A stretch of 64,000 bases of DNA, taken from positions 36,373,234 through 36,437,233 of the forward strand of contig NC_068990.1 of the NCBI RefSeq assembly GCF_001194135.2. The letters are read 5' to 3'. How positions within the stretch are numbered: position 1 is the stretch's first letter; every line of letters begins with the position of its first letter. Both the position numbers and the translations under genes were made by a program. The notes under the pieces are model-generated. The model was given only the letters and a program-made list of their open reading frames with translations. It ran no database searches and had not been told where the DNA came from. This document shows positions 1 through 13,915 of this stretch, piece after piece. The DNA is from Octopus bimaculoides. Taxonomy: Eukaryota.

Positions 1-62
1 TATATATATGTATGTATATATATATGTATGTATATATATATGTATGTATATATATATGTATG

Positions 63-105
<43 letters not shown>

Positions 106-554
106 ATGACAAGGGACCATGAGTGGTTGGTAATCTGGTGTACTTGATAAGATATGCAAGATAAGTAAAATTGTTGTTTTCCACACATACAGGCTTATCC
201 TTTCAGATGCCAGTGCCTCTTAAAAAGCACCCATGCTGGTGCTGCATTAACACACCTGTGCTGGTGGTACATAATTGCACCTGTACCAGTGGCTTGTAAA
301 GAGCATCCAACATGTTCTGTTAAGTGGTTGGCATTAGGAAGGGCACCAAGCTATAGAAATCATGCCTCAACAGACAGCTGGAGTCTGGACAGCTCCCTGC
401 TAGCCAGCTCCATGTTAAACAGTTCAACTCATGCCAATCTGGAAAGCAGACATTGAGGATGATGATGATGATAATGATGATGATGATATACACACACACA
501 TATATATATATATATACATATGTGTACACACACACACACACACACATGCAAAAG

Positions 555-720
555 GTGGGCCCCGGCATGGCTGTATGCTTAAGAAGTTTGCTAACCATGT
601 GGTTCTGGACTCAGCTCCACATTGCTGCACCTTGAGCGAGTGGTCATGTGTTTTTTACCACAGCCCAGGGTTGACCAAAGCTTTGCAATGGATTTACTAA
701 ATGGAAACTGAACAAGAAAT
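555..720 (+). mobile_element. SINE family C 5' half
   Basis: cttaagaagtttgctaaccatgtggttc...gaccaaagc...ggaaactgaa. Confidence 0.7.
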
Positions 721-867
721 CTAGCATACATAACTATATATATCTGCGTCTACGTGTGTGTTTACATCAGTAGCTCACTGACTCACATGCGATGATGTTA
801 ATGCACTGCTCTGTTGACATTTTTCCTGTTAATAAATTGGTTTCAAATTTTGACACAAGACCAGCAA

Positions 868-1290
868 TATCATCATCATTGTTTAACATCTGTTTTCCAT
901 GCTGGCATGGGTTGGATGGTTTGACTGAGGACTGGCAAGCCAGTAAGCTGCATCAGGCTCTAATCTGATCTGGCAAGATTTCTACAGCTGGATGCCCTTC
1001 CTAATGCCAATCACTCCAAGAGTGTAGTGGGTGTTTTTTACATGCTACTGGCATGGGAGCCAGTCAAGCGGCACTGGCATCGAGCACATTTAGAATGTGC
1101 TTCTTACGTTCCACCAGCATGGGAGCCAGTCAGGGGGCATTGGCATCAACCATGTTCAGATGGTGATTTTTACATGCCTCCAGCATGGGAACCAGTCAGG
1201 GGGCACTGGCACTAACCACGTTCAGACGGTGCTTTTTATGTGCCACCAGTACGAGAGCCAGTTGGGGGCACTGGCATTGACCCCTGCTTG
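868..1290 (-). mobile_element. Repeat family E ((GAT)n-tailed retroposon 3' end) with 66-bp subrepeats
   Basis: (CAT)n then tttaacatc.g.tttccatgc.ggcatgggttgga...; four 66-bp units start at 1052, 1118, 1184 and 1250. Confidence 0.8.
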
Positions 1291-1302
1291 AAAAGTCAAT
1301 TG

Positions 1303-1460
1303 CATCGACCCCAGTACTCAACTGGTACTTAATTCATCGACCCTGAAATGACAAAAGGCAAAGTTGACCTTGGCGGAATTTGAACTCAGAACGTAGTGGC
1401 AGATGAAATACCGCTAAGCGTTTCATCTGGTGTGCTAATGATTCTGCCAGCTCGCCACCT
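1303..1460 (-). mobile_element. SINE family A copy
   Basis: Reverse complement of the 16712 unit (ggcaaagttgaccttggcggaatttgaactcagaacg). Confidence 0.8.
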
Positions 1461-2094
1461 TTAGAACAATGATAATAATAAAAGCAACTACATCAATAAC
1501 AACATAAGCAAAAAAATATTAATAACAACTACTGTAGCATTATCATTTATCACTTCAAACATGGTAGCTACAGTACAACAACAACTACAATGGCAACAAC
1601 AAAATCTAGAATGAAATAAGAATGGCATCTTTAAATTGTAATGATACCAACCAACGCAGAAAAAAAAAACAACAACAATATTAGTAATAATAATAATAAT
1701 AATAATAATAATGAACACCAATGAAAACAATAGCAATGGTAGTGGCAGCAGCAGAGGCAGCAGCAGCAGCAACAATACCAACTATGGCAACTGCCAAAGC
1801 AAGTAGAGTAGTAGCATCTATCGTAGAAACCCTCAACAACAACAATTACAACAACTATAACAACAACAACAGGAGCAAGGACAATAGTAAGAAGAATGAT
1901 AAAGAAAAGCAAGAAAAGAAAACAATTGCCTATGCTCCAATCACACACACACACATATACACATACATACATACACATGCATACACATGGATGTACACGA
2001 AAAATATACTCTGTGAAAAAATACGTAAAAACCAACAAAATAACTACAAAAAACAAAAATAACAATCACCCAAATATTTTATATTTTATCCCAG

Positions 2095-2151
2095 GCCCAC
2101 CCCGCCCGCCAACCCCCACCTGCCAGCGATAGAACCAGACCCCATCTTCCA
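2095..2151 (+). CDS. Candidate 57-nt GC-rich internal exon
   Basis: tttatattttatcccag|GCCCAC...CTTCCA|gtaagc; two frames open (AHPARQPPPASDRTRPHLP or PTPPANPHLPAIEPDPIF); GC-rich against AT-rich flanks. Confidence 0.35.
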
Positions 2152-2698
2152 GTAAGCATGTCATGAATAAACTGACTTGGAGAAAGAACAGCGGTGGTGG
2201 TGGTGGCGTTGGTAGGGTTCGTGGCAGTGGTGGTGCTGGTGGTGGTGTTGATGGTTTTAGTGGTGGTAGTCGTGGTGGACAACATATCTTCTCAAACTCT
2301 TTACCAAGTCATCTTCACTCAGGTGCAAAATTCCGTTTATTCTTTGTCTATTTTAAGCTTTCTGCTGATTCTCTTGTATATTCTATCTCCACGTTCTATT
2401 TGTTTGTCCTGTTTTTGATGTTTTTTGGCTTTATGCATGATTTTTTTTTATTTCCATTTTGTTTTTTGCATTGCTTTCCTCTTCATCTTTACATGTACTC
2501 ATGTGTGTGTTTATTTATGCATGTGTGTGTATATGTGTGTATGAGTGTAGATACACATACACACATATATATCGTGTATGTGTACACACACATATATATA
2601 TATATCTATATATATATATATATATCTATATATGTGTATCTATATATATATATTTATATATAGATATATATATATATATGTATATATATGTGTATCTA

Positions 2699-2780
<82 letters not shown>

Positions 2781-3996
2781 CATATATATACACACATATA
2801 TATATATGCACATACATATATGTGAATGTATATATATGTATGTATGCATACATACATTCACACACACAGACATATACACGTATGTATGTATACATAATAC
2901 ATACACAAACACACATATATACATATATATGCTTTTACACATATAGGTATTTCATTTTGGTTGGACTGCATCCTACTATCTATTAATGACGTTCTTGTCT
3001 ATTTTTCTTTCTCAGTGTATTTCTATTTCTTCTTATAATCCGGCCACCTGTGATTGCTTGTCCGGTTCTATTATGGAAATGAACTTTGAAGTTACCATCT
3101 TTTTCACAATTTTTGTTTTTTCATACATTTTACAATTTTTTTTAAAAATATGTTTTTCTTCAATTTCGTTTTTTTTCTTTTTTTTTTCAACGTTCTTATC
3201 CAGAAGTCATTTTAGCACAGCTCACATCTTCTGAAAAGATGAGGAAATGCAATTCAAGATTAGAGAATTAGAAATATACACACATGCATACATAGATACA
3301 TACATTATATATGAATGCATATGTCTGGATGTGCATGCAGGTATATGTATATGAATCACAGAAGACAACTTGAAAAATAACAAAAATAAACTAGACCAGT
3401 AACATTAAAAATATTGATAAATAAATAAATAAATAAATAAGTAAATAGATAAAGGAAGGAATAGAAGGAACTGAACACTTGAAGAATATTTTTTTTATAT
3501 TCCAATGCAGGAGATGAGAAGGAGAAAGTATTTAAATGTGTTTTTGTATCAAATCTACACACACACACACACACACAAACACATACAAGCATACATATAA
3601 ACATAATGTTTATTTTCATGTCAGTTGATAATAGAAACAATTTCACATAAGACTGTAGGGTTACCCTTCACTAATATATATATATATATATATATATANN
3701 NNNNNNNNNNNNNNNNNNNNNNNNNNNNNNNNNNNNNNNNNNNNNNNNNNNNNNNNNNNNNNNNNNNNNNNNNNNNNNNNNNNNNNNNNNNNNNNNNNNN
3801 NNNNNNNNNNNNNNNNNNNNNNNNNNNNNNNNNNNNNNNNNNNNNNNNNNNNNNNNNNNNNNNNNNNNNNNNNNNNNNNNNNNNNNNNNNNNNNNNNNNN
3901 NNNNNNNNNNNNNNNNNNNNNNNNNNNNNNNNNNNNNNNNNNNNNNNNNNNNNNNNNNNNNNNNNNNNNNNNNNNNNNNNNNNNNNNNNNNNNNNN

Positions 3997-4044
<48 letters not shown>

Positions 4045-4094
4045 CACAAACGTAGACACATGCATATATACAGAAGTACATGCACACACACACG

Positions 4095-4390
4095 TGGGGG
4101 TACATGGCTTAGTAGATGGGGTTTTGCACTCACAGCCTTGCGATCGTGATTTCAATTCATAGACCATGTGGTGCGTTGTGTTCTTGAGAAAAACACTTCA
4201 CTTCACATTGTTCTGTGATTACTTCAGCACCTGACACGTGGTACATCATACACCTGTTCACATAATGTTGATCTGACGGAGAGAGAGTGAGCTAGTGTGC
4301 AGTACAAACATCTAATCACTATAAACAAATCATTTGTGCTGGTAATTCGGCAAAAGATGAACACTCATATGTCGTCTTCGATGGGAGAAT
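4095..4390 (+). mobile_element. SINE family B copy
   Basis: catggcttagtag...gtgttcttgagaaaaacacttcac, matching the 48511 element head. Confidence 0.7.
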
Positions 4391-4400
4391 CCATCACATA

Positions 4401-4720
4401 TAGACATGGTCTGATCAATAAATATCCGGACTGTTGCCCTAGTAACGAAACTAAAACACATATAGTAAAGCCACTTGGTACAAATTGTCCTTGAACACTC
4501 TGCTGTGCATATGCACTAAGTTTTAACATTCTAGCTCACTTCCATTGTTTACAGCAATGCTTGGAAGTAACGTGTGTAATGTGTGACCGTCGCATTGACC
4601 ACGACCAAGTTGAGCGGAGAATCTGCATGAAATTTTGACAAAAGCCTAGCGATACCAGCTCAGAGGCCTACACAAAACTTTCAAAAAGTTTTCATCGTTC
4701 TCAATACAATCAAGGAGACA
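4401..4720 (+). mobile_element. Mariner-like element 5' end
   Basis: TA followed by a TIR-like GACATGGTCTGATCAATAAATATCCGGACT. ATG at 4579 gives MCDRRIDHDQVERRICMKF*QKPSDTSSEAYTKL, resembling the mariner N-terminus (EQRICIKFC.KLG.S..E). Confidence 0.6.
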
Positions 4721-4721
4721 T

Positions 4722-5150
4722 TGAGTGCTGACCTCATGAAAAAACCTGACCAATGACATTCAAACTCTTTGATTGGTGTCAGTAAAATTTTTGATGAATC
4801 CCAAAACTATTGATTAAAAATAAGTCAATCTTTAAGTCCTGATGTCCTTCCTGATGCCCTTACCTGTTAAATATATCACAGTTTGGAATTTCTTGAATTT
4901 GATAGGAATAACCAGAATTCTCAGAATATATATCTACAGCAGGTATCTACCACAATTTGAACCTGGATTCTTTTTTAAATTAGAATTGTTTTAATAAACA
5001 ATGTTGCAGGGTCTTTTATATTGAGTTCTGACCTCATGAAAAAAACTCGACCAATGATACTCAACAACTACACATCAAATTCTTTGATTGGTGTCAGCAA
5101 AATTCCTGATGAATCCCAAAACTATTGATTGAAAATAAGTCAAGCTTTAA
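4722..5150. repeat. Local direct repeat of about 120 bp
   Basis: gagt.ctgacctcatgaaaaaa...gatgaatcccaaaactattgatt.aaaataagtcaa at about 4722-4833 and 5021-5150. Confidence 0.8.
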
Positions 5151-7088
5151 TTAAGCAAAATGTAGCTTATAAAAAGGGTAGAAAGCAGATGTCAGAGACA
5201 GCAGGACAGACAGATACAGGAAGGAGAGATACCGTCATATGTTAAGTTCAATGTCAGTTGCTTTCAACAACTTGATTGGTTAGCATGAGCATTCTGAAAC
5301 AACTAATGATCAAACTGCTACTAACTGCAAAAAAGAGTTTGTAAATTGCTAATAAATCAACCATGGCCGGGAACACTCATTCTTATTCACTCATACCACC
5401 TCTCTCTCTCTCTCTTTATATATATATATCTTTCATGTACAATCAATCGCACAATATGTCCAATGAAATTACTAAGATAAGCACAACATTCTATAACAGA
5501 ATCAGGCTACAACATTAATTTCTTTTTTCCCAACTTCATTTCGTTATTTTGTTTTCTTGGAGCAGATGTGTTCCACTTCTGACTATTAACAGTAAAACAA
5601 ACGATGAACTTAAAACAAACAAGCTACTCTTATTTTCCATCAGACATATTCATATTTGTTAAATTAATCATTTTGTTAAACATCTTTTATGCCACATCCA
5701 GAAAGTGCAGTAACCTCAATAATATGAAATATAAGTGTTTTAAGAGCCAGTTTAATTGCATTTTACAAGCATACTGGATCAAAATTATGCAAAAGTATGA
5801 TGGATGTATACTCTTTAAGATTTAGATAATACTGTGGGTCACCTGGAGGTTTTGGTGAATTTAGAAACCTGGAGGTTTTGGCGAAATTAGTGGTTCTTAT
5901 GCGGTAGTTACTGTAAACTCTGTTTTGATGACATTGCCAATATGCTTTTACAAGCTAATATTGCTGTTTTACACACCCACCTGTGTTTCTTGTAGTTTTC
6001 AGAGATCTGATAAGACCATTTCATTTAAACAAATTATTGATGATGTTGTTATCCTACATCAGTTCTTAAATGTGCAGCTGGTTGGACATTTTTACAACCT
6101 AGTTGCAGGAAAGTTTGCAAATTGCTAATAACCCATGCTAGCATGGAAAGCGGACGTTAAACGATGATGATTTGATCTCTATATAAACGGCTTCTCCCCG
6201 ACACTAAACTTATCATGTCCTGTCCAGAATTTGTATTTCTACTTTAGGAGGTTCTGTAATTTCTTAGACTCTTGGCTGTCCTAGTTTGCTGATATCATGT
6301 TCATTTTTAGCCAAGTTGGGAGAGTGCTTCAATGAAACATGGTATGCCATGTTGCAGGTAGATATGTTACTGCAACTGTTGAAATGGAAACTGCAAATTA
6401 CTAGGGTGGGGGTGGATGAATAGTTGTGAAAAACTGGTTATTGAGGAATATATTCCTAGCTACCATGCAACATCCCACTTCATATGTAGACATCATGTAT
6501 TTTGCCCTTCATCCTGAAGAAGAAGATCTTAGTTGTTAGATAGAGTGGTTGCTTTCTGCCAACCAAATATTCTTTCAGAGTACCCAACCCCACAGCTAAT
6601 TAGGTGTTCTACTAAACATTAACAAACCAGTGCTCATGAAGATGATGATCATCATCTTCATTTGTCTTTGCTATTGTTGCCATCAACATCATCGTTTTTC
6701 CTCTTCTTCCTCATTACCACCACGGCCACCACCACCATAACTTTTGACATTGTCACCATCATTTTTATTGGTTAAGTTGTGATTGTTGCCTGATTTGCTA
6801 TTATTATATTAGTGAATGCTTTAACTTTAGTTCCTGAGGGTATGTGCTTAATGACAACAAAGGCCCCCACCACTCCTTGTACAGAACGAATAGTTGTGGG
6901 AGGAGCATGAGAAAAGGGAAGATCCACCTCATATACTGGACATTTATTACAAACATAGACCCACCACCTGATACATGTACACATACACATAGACACAAAA
7001 TCACACGCACATTCATATGAATATACATGTGACAAAAACATATACATACAACTATTTATCTGTGAGTGTACATATTTATCGGTTTTCA

Positions 7089-7123
<35 letters not shown>

Positions 7124-7182
7124 TTATATATATGTATATGCATTTATTCAAATTATATCTTCATATATATGTGCGTATATAT

Positions 7183-7255
<73 letters not shown>

Positions 7256-7257
7256 CA

Positions 7258-7403
7258 GGAGTGACTGCGTAGCAAGAAGCTTGCTTCCCAACCATGTGGT
7301 TCCGGGTTCAGTCCTATTGGGCAAGTGTCTTCTACTATAGCTTCAGGTTGATCAAAGGCTTGTGAATGGATTTGGTAGACAGAAACTGAAAGAAGCCCGT
7401 CGC

Positions 7404-7444
<41 letters not shown>

Positions 7445-7563
7445 CTTTACTCTTTTACTTGTTTCAGTCATTTGACTGCAGCCATGCTGGAGCACTGCCT
7501 TTAGTCGAGAAAATCGACCCCAAGACTTTGTAAGCCTAGTACTTACCACAGCCACTCCTGCAC
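7258..7563. mobile_element. Two SINE family C pieces in opposite orientation around (TA)n
   Basis: Plus-strand head at 7258-7405; minus-strand tail plus head end (acttaccacagccactcc) at 7447-7563. Confidence 0.75.
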
Positions 7564-8378
7564 CTATATGTATATATATATGCATACATATATATTTATG
7601 TATATATGTATATATATATACATGTATGTATATATATATATATATATATACATACATGTATATATATATATATATATGTATATGTGTGTGTGTGTGTATA
7701 CACACACACACATGCAGGCATAAATAATAAAACTATTCACACACACACAAACACATGCACACATACTTGAGCACATACATAAACAAACATACACATCTAT
7801 TTGTGCCTACATAAATACGCAGTCACGAAAGCCCAGTAAATCTTGACAAAGTTCTGGTGACTTTCGGCCAAATTCCTCCATCAAATGTCAGCAAATTTGT
7901 TAATGCAGAATAAACAATAACAGCAAGCAGGATATTTGCTATAAAAATTTACCAATTCTCTGCAATTCTACTGCCAAAACCTTCCCTATCTATCTTCCGA
8001 GGTGGTGGGTGATAAATAAGCATTCATTATAAGCCAGCATCCATATCATATTGCTTTATTACTCTTTATAACAAATATCTCAGAACACTGATTTCTTTCT
8101 TTTTTTTTTGTTATTTTATATTACTTTGTATTGTTTTATATTCATTTTCTGTAACTTTTTCTTGTTATATTTTATATTTATTTATCAATGTTTTGTTGCT
8201 TTTTTTTGTTTTATATCTTTATTTATTTATTGATATGAGTTCTTGTTTTCTATCTCTCTTTCACCTTTAAGTCAGTGTGTGTGTGTTGGTGTGTAAGCAA
8301 GACAGAGAATTCACACACACAACACATACATACATATATACATACATATATATACACACATCTATCTATCTATCTATT

Positions 8379-8429
<51 letters not shown>

Positions 8430-8546
8430 TCTCATGTCTTTTGTAAGAATATATTTGTTTTGTTTTTATTACAATTCTTGTTATTGTTGCTGTCATTTGT
8501 TATTGCTGAAATATTACCACTGCTACTACTGCTGCAGCTGCTACTG

Positions 8547-8590
<44 letters not shown>

Positions 8591-9047
8591 GTTGTTGTTG
8601 TTATTGTTTATTTCATTGAAGTCAGTGGATTTCCTTGAGATATTGCTGTAGCTGTTATTTAACTTGCCTTTGTAGTGATACTGTTGTTGTTGTAGTTGCT
8701 GCTGCTGCTACTACAACTACTACTTATTAGTTATTGCCATTGCTGCATACGTTGCTGTCTTTGTGGCATATAGTGTTGTTGTTATCACTATTAAGGTAAG
8801 GTGTACCAGAAGCATACATTGAATGGTGCTATGGATGTACCATAATTCACTCAGAATGCATTCTGACTAGATCTTCCTGTTTTTACTCTGCACCATCAGT
8901 AACAAACCAGTAATACGGTATGGGACAGTCATCTTGTGATGGTATGATTGTTAATTTGTATCATTATCCTCTAAAAATTATAAAATACCCTAGTCTTCAT
9001 ATTACTCTTGAGTTTATGTGTTCACTGCACTTTTAGCTCTATTATTA

Positions 9048-9620
9048 TTATTGAGTAAGAGAACAGTGCATGCCATCAAAATGACACTGGGGTAAAATAT
9101 ACAAAGCCTAGTATACCCATCATGATTACCCGTCTTATAAGGGTACACCAGGCACATGCATCACAACCATTTGTGTGCAACATGGTGATCTCGCATCAAG
9201 GTAAACAGCAGATGGCCTTGCAGGTGGGACCCAGTTAGAATTTTATTCAGGTTGAGTAGCCCATCCCACTCAAAAGATCCCTGAATAAGGGTTGCTTGAG
9301 GATATTGAACAAAACATGCATGATACTAGGAGGGAATTATTTAGACTTTAAAGAATTCCTCTCAACATAAGGTTATGATGCTGCCCCACTGCTTCCGCTC
9401 ATGATCAAAGTTACACATATCATCAGCCACCAAGGGACATGCTCATACAACTGAAAAGCAAATCTGTGGTGTGGAGCAGAGTATTTGCTGTAGACCATCT
9501 TTTACATGAAGACGAAGTTTCAACATGGTAACACTTCCAATCAGTTAAGATCAGAAGCCATGAGAACTACTGCCTGGTACAGCATCAAAGCATTTACTAC
9601 TGTCTGGTACTACATCAGAG
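9048..9620 (-). mobile_element. Dispersed repeat family F copy
   Basis: Reverse complement of family F, with (ATT)n on both flanks. Confidence 0.8.
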
Positions 9621-9657
9621 CATTTATTATTATTATTATTATTATCATTATTATTAC

Positions 9658-10140
9658 TAAGGCAGCAAGCAGGCAGAGTCATTAATACCTCAGGTAAAAT
9701 GCTTAACAGTATTTTGACTGTGTTCAAATTCTGCAGAGGTCGACTTTGCCTTTCATCCTTTATCCTTTTGGGGTCAATAAAATAAGTTGAGCACCAGAGT
9801 AGATGTAATTGACTTACCCTTCCCCTGAAATTGCTGGCCTTGTGCCAAAATTTGAAAGCATCAACATTATTATTATTATTTTGTCTTACCTTTTTCATAT
9901 TAATCCTGCTGTAGTGATAATTATGTCAGCAGTCAGCTGGCAGAATCATTAGCATGCTGGACATAAATGCTTAGTGGTGTTTTGCCCGTCACTTTGTTCT
10001 GAGTTCAAATTCTGCCAAGGTCAACTTTACCTTTCATCCTTTTGAGGTCAGTAAAATAAATACCAGTTGAACACTGGGGTGGATGTAATCGACTCATCCC
10101 CACCTCCATCAAGCTTTCCATGTGGCAAAAATTTGAAATA
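9658..10140 (+). mobile_element. Two adjacent SINE family A copies
   Basis: Copies at about 9658-9860 and 9930-10140 share gttcaaattctgc...gactttgcctttcatcc. Confidence 0.75.
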
Positions 10141-10159
10141 ATAATAAATGCTAAGAGCA

Positions 10160-10600
10160 CCGTCCGAGCATGATCATTGCCAGAGCAGCTGTCTACCTTC
10201 CGTGCCAGTGGCATGTAAATAGCACCATTTGAGCGTGATCATTACCAGCATCACCTTACTGGCACTTGTGCTGGTGGCACATGAAAAAAAAAAAAAAAAC
10301 ACTTGAGCGAGGTCATTGCCAGTGCTGCTGGACTGGTTCCTGTGCAGGTGGCATGTAAAATACACCATTTTGAGTGTGGCCATTGCCAGTACTGCCTGAC
10401 TGGCCTTCGTGCCGGTGGCACGTAAAAGCACCCGCTACACTCTCAGAGTGGTTGGTGTTAGGAAGAGCATCCAGCTGTAGAAACTCTGCCAAATCAGATT
10501 GGAACCTGGTGTAACCATCTGGTTCGCCAGTCCTCAGTCAAATCGTCCAGCCTATGCTAGCATGGAAGGCGGACATTAAACGACAATGATGATTATTATT
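10160..10600 (+). mobile_element. Repeat family E with subrepeats
   Basis: Reverse complement of 868-1290, ending ...catggaaggcggacattaaacgacaatgatgat. Confidence 0.8.
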
Positions 10601-10619
10601 ATTACTATTATTGATTCTT

Positions 10620-11477
10620 GCAGCGTGAAAATGTCTTTGAAACATGATACAACTAAGTACTAAGTATTACCAAAGGAATTTTTCACTGGAATGCTTATAA
10701 AACGAACCATAATTGCTGTTGTTTAAAGAAGAGCTATGTCGGTACAAAGTGAGTAGATAATATAAAGAAGACAGAGATTTGTTTCCCAAACTTTAAAATT
10801 TTATTTGCTCTCATTACATTTTTACATCCAAAATGACTACTCTGCACAATTATGTAACAAGTCTAAACATTTCAATGACAGCAAAAAAACTATACAAAAT
10901 GAAAACACACAACTATATGTATAAGTGGATGATGAAAATGAATGCTTTAGTGAACAATTATTGGAAGAAAAACATCCCAAATACTCAAATAACTCATTTG
11001 GAAGAGAAAGACAGTAATAACAACAATGATAGTAGTAATGACTTATGTGATTTCAAATACTATGACCTATTCAAATAGTAATTGTGTAGTGACTAACTTT
11101 CCTTCAATACAAAATGAACTTATGAAGGTTTTAGATCTATCACAGTTACAAGATAAAAAAAAACAAAAAAAAAACAGAAAATGGAAAACTTGTAAAACTG
11201 AACAGCATTATTTTACCTCAGGTGCTAATCCTGGACAGGATTATCTTCTGTAGTAAAGAGAAAGATTATATATCTCTTTCAGTACCATGATGAAAGTGTT
11301 CTTCTCTCATGTTTAACAAGACAACTGGCTTTCCAGGACATATGAGAAATTCTCTCACTTGAAAAAGGTAAAAATTTATAGCACTATCTTCTTTTAAAAC
11401 TGAAGACACAACCAAGATAGTCTGAATTTTTCAGACATAGCTCTGAATATATGTTTGTTCCCCATTATACGGGTTAA
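10620..11477 (+). mobile_element. Possible piggyBac-like internally deleted remnant
   Basis: Ends in ...TATACGGG|TTAA (11471-11477). Acidic N-terminal-like peptide (VDDENECFSEQ) followed by RKWKTCKTEQHYFTSGANPG, reminiscent of PGBD N-termini. No left TTAA|CCC found. Confidence 0.3.
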
Positions 11478-12184
11478 AAAAACCAAAAAAAAAAAAACCA
11501 CAAGACTGGCAGCATGAGAACCTGGATATGAATCTACATTTTAATAAAAGATATATTGAAATTGTAATTTATAAGAATTTTCAAGAAATTGGTGACTAAT
11601 AATTGCATCCTTTAAATAAAAGTTACATAATTCCAACTAATTATTAAGCAGCATTTTTTGTATAGTATAAATTATAATCATTGTTGTTGTTGTTGTTGTT
11701 TCTAGCAGAAAGACCACCCTCTTGGCAGTTTTCTGCTTGTTGCTAAACATTTACACATTTGCTCTCTGATATGCATAGTTTTTCTGATAAGTTAAGTTTA
11801 TTTTCCTTTGCATCCTTTATTCTTATAGTATTCATTTGCTCAGTAAATATTTCTTTCATTGTCTTATCACAGTCTTAATCTCTTCCTTTTAAACAAACTC
11901 AGTGTAGTCCATCTTTTATGTGATCATTTTATGTGGCAAAAACAGTAGGGATTACACGGATATATAGCATAACAAACAGCCATACCAACAAATTATGTCA
12001 CTGTTGTGCAGTTGGATTACACTCCACCTTCATTCAGTTTACTTCCTGGTAACTTGACACCACTTACAGATTACCATGGTGGTGGTGGTGGTAGAAAGAA
12101 ATCGATTTCAGATTGACAAGACAAGTCCTTTAACTCCTTGGGGAGTTGTTGGGAGTACTGCAGTCATGCAGCATATCTATGGCA

Positions 12185-12560
12185 AGAAAGCCTGGCAGAG
12201 CCCATTCCTCTCCAAACTAAACTCATTTCTACAGTTGAATGGACTGGAGCAACATAAAATGAAGTGTCTTGCTCAAGAACACAACAGATCGCCCGGTCCA
12301 GGGGTTGAAACCACAATCTTACAGTCGTGAATCCAACACCCTAACTATTAAGCAATGCATCTCCACTAGTGGTACTCATTTCAACAGCTTAGTGAACTGG
12401 AAAAACATGAAAGGAAGTGTTTTGCTCAAGAGCACAACAGATCGCCCAGTCCAGGGATTGAAACCGCAATCTTATGGTCGTGAATCCAACACCCTAACCA
12501 CTAAGTGACGATTGTGAGTCCAATACCCTTACCACAAAACCACATGCCTCCACTTGCATA
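12185..12560 (-). mobile_element. SINE family B tandem partial copies
   Basis: gctcaaga.cacaacagatcgccc.gtccaggg.ttgaaacc occurs twice, about 150 bp apart. Confidence 0.8.
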
Positions 12561-12794
12561 AAAAGTGTATGTGTATTAATATATCTTAGATTACACCCTA
12601 TCAAATCTTTCCCCAAATGTGCAGCATCTTGTTAGCATTGAAATATGTTTTCTGCGTGCAAACGTGTGTGTGTGTGTGTGTAAATGTTAGGTGAATGTGT
12701 ATAAATCTCAGTGGAAGAGTTTTGAGTGCCTGCTTAGATGGTTAAAGTTGAAGAAGTTGCATTTAAAGTGTATCGATATAGTTTAGTATGATAG

Positions 12795-12988
12795 TTCGTG
12801 CGGGTGACACGTAAAAGCACCCACTACACTCTCTGAGTGGTTGGCGTTAGGAATGGCATCCAGCTGTAGAAACTCTGCCAAATCAGACTGGAGCCTGGTG
12901 TTGCCATCCGGTTTCACCAGTCCTCAGTCAAATCGTCCAACCCATGCTAGCATGGAAAGCGGACGTTAAATGATGATGATGATGATAA
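12795..12988 (+). mobile_element. Repeat family E short copy
   Basis: gcacccactacactctctgagtggttggcgttagg...ggacgttaaatgatgatgat. Confidence 0.85.
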
Positions 12989-13915
12989 CTGGGCATGAAT
13001 AAATTTTGGTTTATGAATGAATATGTTTCATTTGCATAAAAAGTGTAGGTGTATTAATGCATTTTGTTTTGTATGTTATTCCTTCTGGAAAAAAGAAAAT
13101 ACTGTGGTTGCTCCAAATCAGTTTGCTGTTAAATAAATATGTTTTTGTTTTTAATTGTAGACTCAGGGTCTTTGGTGTTTAAAGTGCTTGTTTTTAAAGG
13201 CTTCATAAAAATGTAAGGAGATATACTGGACAAAAGTTCATATTGAAAAGCTTCTAGTTCTAACACATGTGACTGTATAACATTTCTTTTCTGTCCTCTT
13301 ATATATTCATACATTTTAGTATTAATAACCTGTGTTAAAATACAACTATAGATGTGCAGAAATAAAAAAAATTACTTTTTTTTTTATTGTTGTTCATCAT
13401 ATAAACTAAAATAACATGAATAACAGAGTTTTCAACAAATGAATTAAAAAGCGCTAATAAAGAAGAGATGGGGAGAGAGAGGGGGAAAGAGAGAGAGAGT
13501 GAGAGGGAGAAGGAAGTAAGATGTTAAAAAGGGTTGTCTTGCAGTGTAAAATTTTTAAAAACTACTATATCACAACAAATTAAAATTAGTCATTTAGATG
13601 GAAAGAAACTTCAAAACCACATTTTGATAAAAATATATCAAAACTGGAATTTTAAGAATATTATTCTTTAATAAGACTGTAAGAGACTTTAATAAATGCT
13701 TTCTCTTAGTAAAAGTTACATAATTACAAGTAATTAATAAGTTGCTTTCCTTGTTATTGTATAGATTATTTTTATTTTATAAAGCAATGAATTGAAAGTC
13801 TCATTAGAACTTCAGAAAATATGTACTAGATCAAATGTGTCTTTCATTCACTGAGGATTGATGAACTAAAATACCAGTTAAGCACTGAGATTGATAGTAT
13901 TTTTTAAGCACTCAC

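Noticed and set aside
5100-5160. CTGATGA...GAAA hammerhead-like spacing
   Set aside because: Stems II and III do not pair in register.
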